DNA of 27,847 nucleotides from a virus. Lineage: Duplodnaviria; Caudoviricetes. Shown in pieces: positions 25,723-27,847 of this stretch. Where the stretch lies: IMG/VR virus record IMGVR_UViG_3300005805_000368, positions 1 to 27,847 of that record; one strand, given 5' to 3'. The notes under the pieces are model-generated. The model had not been told where the DNA came from, did no database searches, and saw only the letters and a list, made by a program, of their open reading frames with translations. The number at the start of each line of letters is the position of its first letter. The first letter of the stretch is position 1. Position numbers and translations under genes: made by a program.

Positions 25723-26049
25723 ACAAACCCCACAGGTATCACAAAAACTAGACCCCAAAACCTCAACAGGCTTCTTCTCACAAGACAGCAAACCACAAGG
25801 CTCCAACCTTCTCTCACCCCGCAAATAAGCCAACACCCCAAACAAAGGCTCAACAGGCTCAGACAACTCCAACAAAGGCAAACCCTCAGCATCACGCAAA
25901 CCATTCACCAACAACAAACCCACAAGTTTCTGAAACGACAACTCCCGAACCACAGCCAAATCCACCAAACCATTCTTCAACCAACCAGGAACAGGAACAG
26001 TCACATACACCGTATCGTCATCATTAGCACGCCTCGGTTTAAACCCCAT
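25714..26049 (-). CDS. Hypothetical protein with ribbon-helix-helix-like N-terminus and Cys-rich C-terminus
   Basis: Start moved to ATG 26049; VYVTVPVPGWLKNGLVDLAVVRELSFQKLVGLLL; PCG..C...CDTCGVC. Confidence 0.55.
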   Translation of the reverse strand: MGFKPRRANDDDTVYVTVPVPGWLKNGLVDLAVVRELSFQKLVGLLLVNGLRDAEGLPLLELSEPVEPLFGVLAYLRGERRLEPCGLLSCEKKPVEVLGSSFCDTCGVCLA

Positions 26050-26224
26050 CAACACCACCCGAATCCCGAACAACCAACATCCCCAAATACTCACCAATAG
26101 ACAAATCAAAAGCATCAGCCTGATCGACCATCAAATTCTTGATGTCTGCGTCAATTTTTATGGTGAGGGTTGTTTTTGTATTTGCTTGTGCTTTGTGTGG
26201 GGGTCTGCCGTGTCGTTTTTTCAT
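26039..26224 (-). CDS. Ribbon-helix-helix-like DNA-binding protein
   Basis: GRPP...TTLTIKIDADIKNLMVDQADAFDLSIGEYLGMLV pattern. Confidence 0.65.
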   Translation of the reverse strand: MKKRHGRPPHKAQANTKTTLTIKIDADIKNLMVDQADAFDLSIGEYLGMLVVRDSGGVDGV

Positions 26225-26230
26225 TTGGGT

Positions 26231-26317
26231 TTATCTGTTCTTGTGTCGGGTGAGGAGTAGTCCGATGAGGATTCCGTGTGGGAGTCCTATGAGTATTCCG
26301 AAGATGTATTGTCTCAT
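26231..26317 (-). CDS. Small hydrophobic peptide (28 aa)
   Basis: Not in the track. MRQYIFGILIGLPHGILIGLLLTRHKNR*; fills the gap between neighbours; AAGG upstream. Confidence 0.5.
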   Translation of the reverse strand: MRQYIFGILIGLPHGILIGLLLTRHKNR

Positions 26318-26321
26318 TATG

Positions 26322-26768
26322 TTACCTTAGTGTTGTATGTTGGTTGTATGTGTGTTTGAAGTGTTCTCGGTCTGCTCCTGAGGTGAGGTTGAGTCCGACT
26401 ATTTTGATTACTTGTTTTAGTTTTTCTGTGATGTGTTGGTCGGGTTGTGCGGTGCCTGAGTTGATGGTGTCTCGGAGGTGGCAGTAGGTGTTCCATGCTT
26501 GTGCGGCGGTGGGTTCTGCGTCTGGTTGGGTTTGTTGCCAGTGTTCGTATATGGTGCCTGGGGTGGGGAGGTAGCGTTCTGTTTTGTTGAGTTTGACGAG
26601 GATGGCTTCTATTTCTTCGTAGGGGCATCCTTTTAGGACGAGATGCCATGCTCTGTAGATGGCTTTGTTTTGGTCGGGGTTATTGGGGAGTTCTTTGTTC
26701 CACAGTATGTAGGCGAGGTCTACGATTTTTGTGGTGTTTGCTTTGAGGGGGTCTTTGGGTTCACTCAT
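26322..26768 (-). CDS. Hypothetical protein, possibly helicase loader/inhibitor (G39P-like)
   Basis: AWHLVL...YEEIEAIL...RYLPTPGTI...PTAAQAW pattern; lies downstream of the replication-like gene. ORF is clear, function tentative. Confidence 0.45.
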   Translation of the reverse strand: MSEPKDPLKANTTKIVDLAYILWNKELPNNPDQNKAIYRAWHLVLKGCPYEEIEAILVKLNKTERYLPTPGTIYEHWQQTQPDAEPTAAQAWNTYCHLRDTINSGTAQPDQHITEKLKQVIKIVGLNLTSGADREHFKHTYNQHTTLR

Positions 26769-27135
26769 CTAGGAACTCTTGTCGTGCGTCACGCTTTTTG
26801 GTGCGTTGAATGAAACCTTCTATTTTGTCTGCGTCTCTAAATATGAGGTCGATACTATTGTATTTCTTTTGTTGGGGGTTGTCGCCCATATGGAATTTGG
26901 ACATGGCGCATCCGTTGATTGCGTCGCATGATGCTTCTATCCCGTAGTCGTGGATTGATGCCGCGATTTTGACTCGTCGTTTATGGTCAAGTACGGCTCG
27001 TTCGGAACCCATAACGGTGAGCCAGTGTTTCCATACGATTTGGACTGCTTCGTCGGATATGCCTTTGGCTTTTTCGTTTTGTTGTTTGGTAGCAATTCTA
27101 GGGCGTTTAGGTTTATTTGACTTCAGTTCGGTCAT
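26761..27135 (-). CDS. Hypothetical protein resembling the C-terminal domain of phage replication initiators
   Basis: VWKHW...KRRVKI...AINGCAMSKFHMGDN..KKYNSIDLIFRDADKIEGFI. ORF is clear, function tentative. Confidence 0.5.
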   Translation of the reverse strand: MTELKSNKPKRPRIATKQQNEKAKGISDEAVQIVWKHWLTVMGSERAVLDHKRRVKIAASIHDYGIEASCDAINGCAMSKFHMGDNPQQKKYNSIDLIFRDADKIEGFIQRTKKRDARQEFLDE

Positions 27136-27679
27136 AAAACCAGACTACACCCTTTTACTTAAAAGGTCAAGTGAACGTCGCCAAATCAATAAATATCTTT
27201 TGCGGCCGGATCAATCACAGGGAATTGGATTAGTGGTATCAACGTTGCCCTAAGAAAGAGGCAAAGAACCTCTGTCGTAAAAAACTTTGGAAAGTCTGAA
27301 AACCTTTAGCCGACGTTTTTTGGCGCGAGAGCAGCCAGTGCCATATCCACGATTTTTTGACAATCGCAGATTCAGGTTCGACTATTTATCGTTAACGAAA
27401 GGTTATATACGCCACCGTGCCTCTTTTGAAGGAAGACCGTGATTACTATTTCATTCGCCACAGTCCCGTGGTGGTTGTACAAGATAGCAGATGATCCATC
27501 GTCCCGCACGCACGTTTCAAAACAAATCCACTAGTAACGTAATTTAGTGTCTGACAGTCCCGTGTACCCGCTGGTAACCACAACCTGTGGGGGTTGCTGG
27601 TTTGGGATGGCGGGACTTGCTAGCGTGTGGATTATCGACGGGGCTGTGAAGACCCCCTCTCCAAGACTCGTCGTGGTAG

Positions 27680-27718
27680 CAAGCGGGGCTAGTAATCCTT
27701 TGTGCTAGTCCCCGCTTG
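27680..27718. terminator. GC-rich hairpin, possible intrinsic terminator
   Basis: caagcggggctag ... ctag(t)ccccgcttg: 13-bp stem with one bulge and a 12-nt loop; U-tract is weak. Confidence 0.5.
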
Positions 27719-27828
27719 TTACTAATTTAAGAGATGGCGGTTTGTAAGTCGGATGGTTCCGCATCGACCGCGCAAGTTCGTTGTTTCCGCCACCGTTCAG
27801 TTTGTATAACCGTGTGGTCGTCTTCTTC

Positions 27829-27847
27829 TTAGAACGGTTCTTCATCG
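27829..27847 (-). CDS. Possible 3' end of a single-stranded DNA-binding protein (partial)
   Basis: Minus strand reads ...DEEPF* at the window edge, like the acidic-PF SSB tail; only 5 codons are visible. Confidence 0.35.

Noticed and set aside
26317-26649. 110-aa Arg/His/Thr-rich ORF (also 24742-25161 and 25259-25512 antisense ORFs)
   Set aside because: Stop codons are scarce because of the extreme A+C / G+T skew; each overlaps a better-supported gene.
1-27847. tRNA, rRNA, integrase or transposase
   Set aside because: None recognised by eye; tRNAscan-SE and Infernal would be needed to exclude RNA genes in 27136-27828.

Overview
Gene-dense segment of a tailed dsDNA phage, most likely a large actinobacteriophage (WhiB, M15-type endolysin with holin-like genes, tail-fibre-like gene, HslV/proteasome-beta-like peptidase, DNA methyltransferase). 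The first ~11.7 kb is the most unusual part. Two paralogous, inward-facing cassettes each encode a Pro/Phe-repeat (PPFFPFFP) protein with a 4-Cys tail, a GWxYDG-type protein and a 6-Cys DUF6171-like protein. Between them lie six prolyl-4-hydroxylase-like 2OG-Fe(II) oxygenases, two DUF6065-like proteins, a divergent glutathione-peroxidase-like protein, a GT32-like and a GT60 (Skp1-hydroxyproline GlcNAc-transferase-like) glycosyltransferase, and an SDR. I infer a phage-encoded protein hydroxylation/O-glycosylation pathway acting on tail-associated Pro-rich repeats. The rest holds a 1358-aa secreted lectin/beta-helix membrane protein, a lysis cassette, a ferredoxin, a clavaminate-synthase-like oxygenase operon, nucleic-acid metabolism genes, and a replication-like region with an abrupt A+C to G+T strand-skew switch near 26,135. 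All family calls come from motif recognition by eye; no database searches were run.
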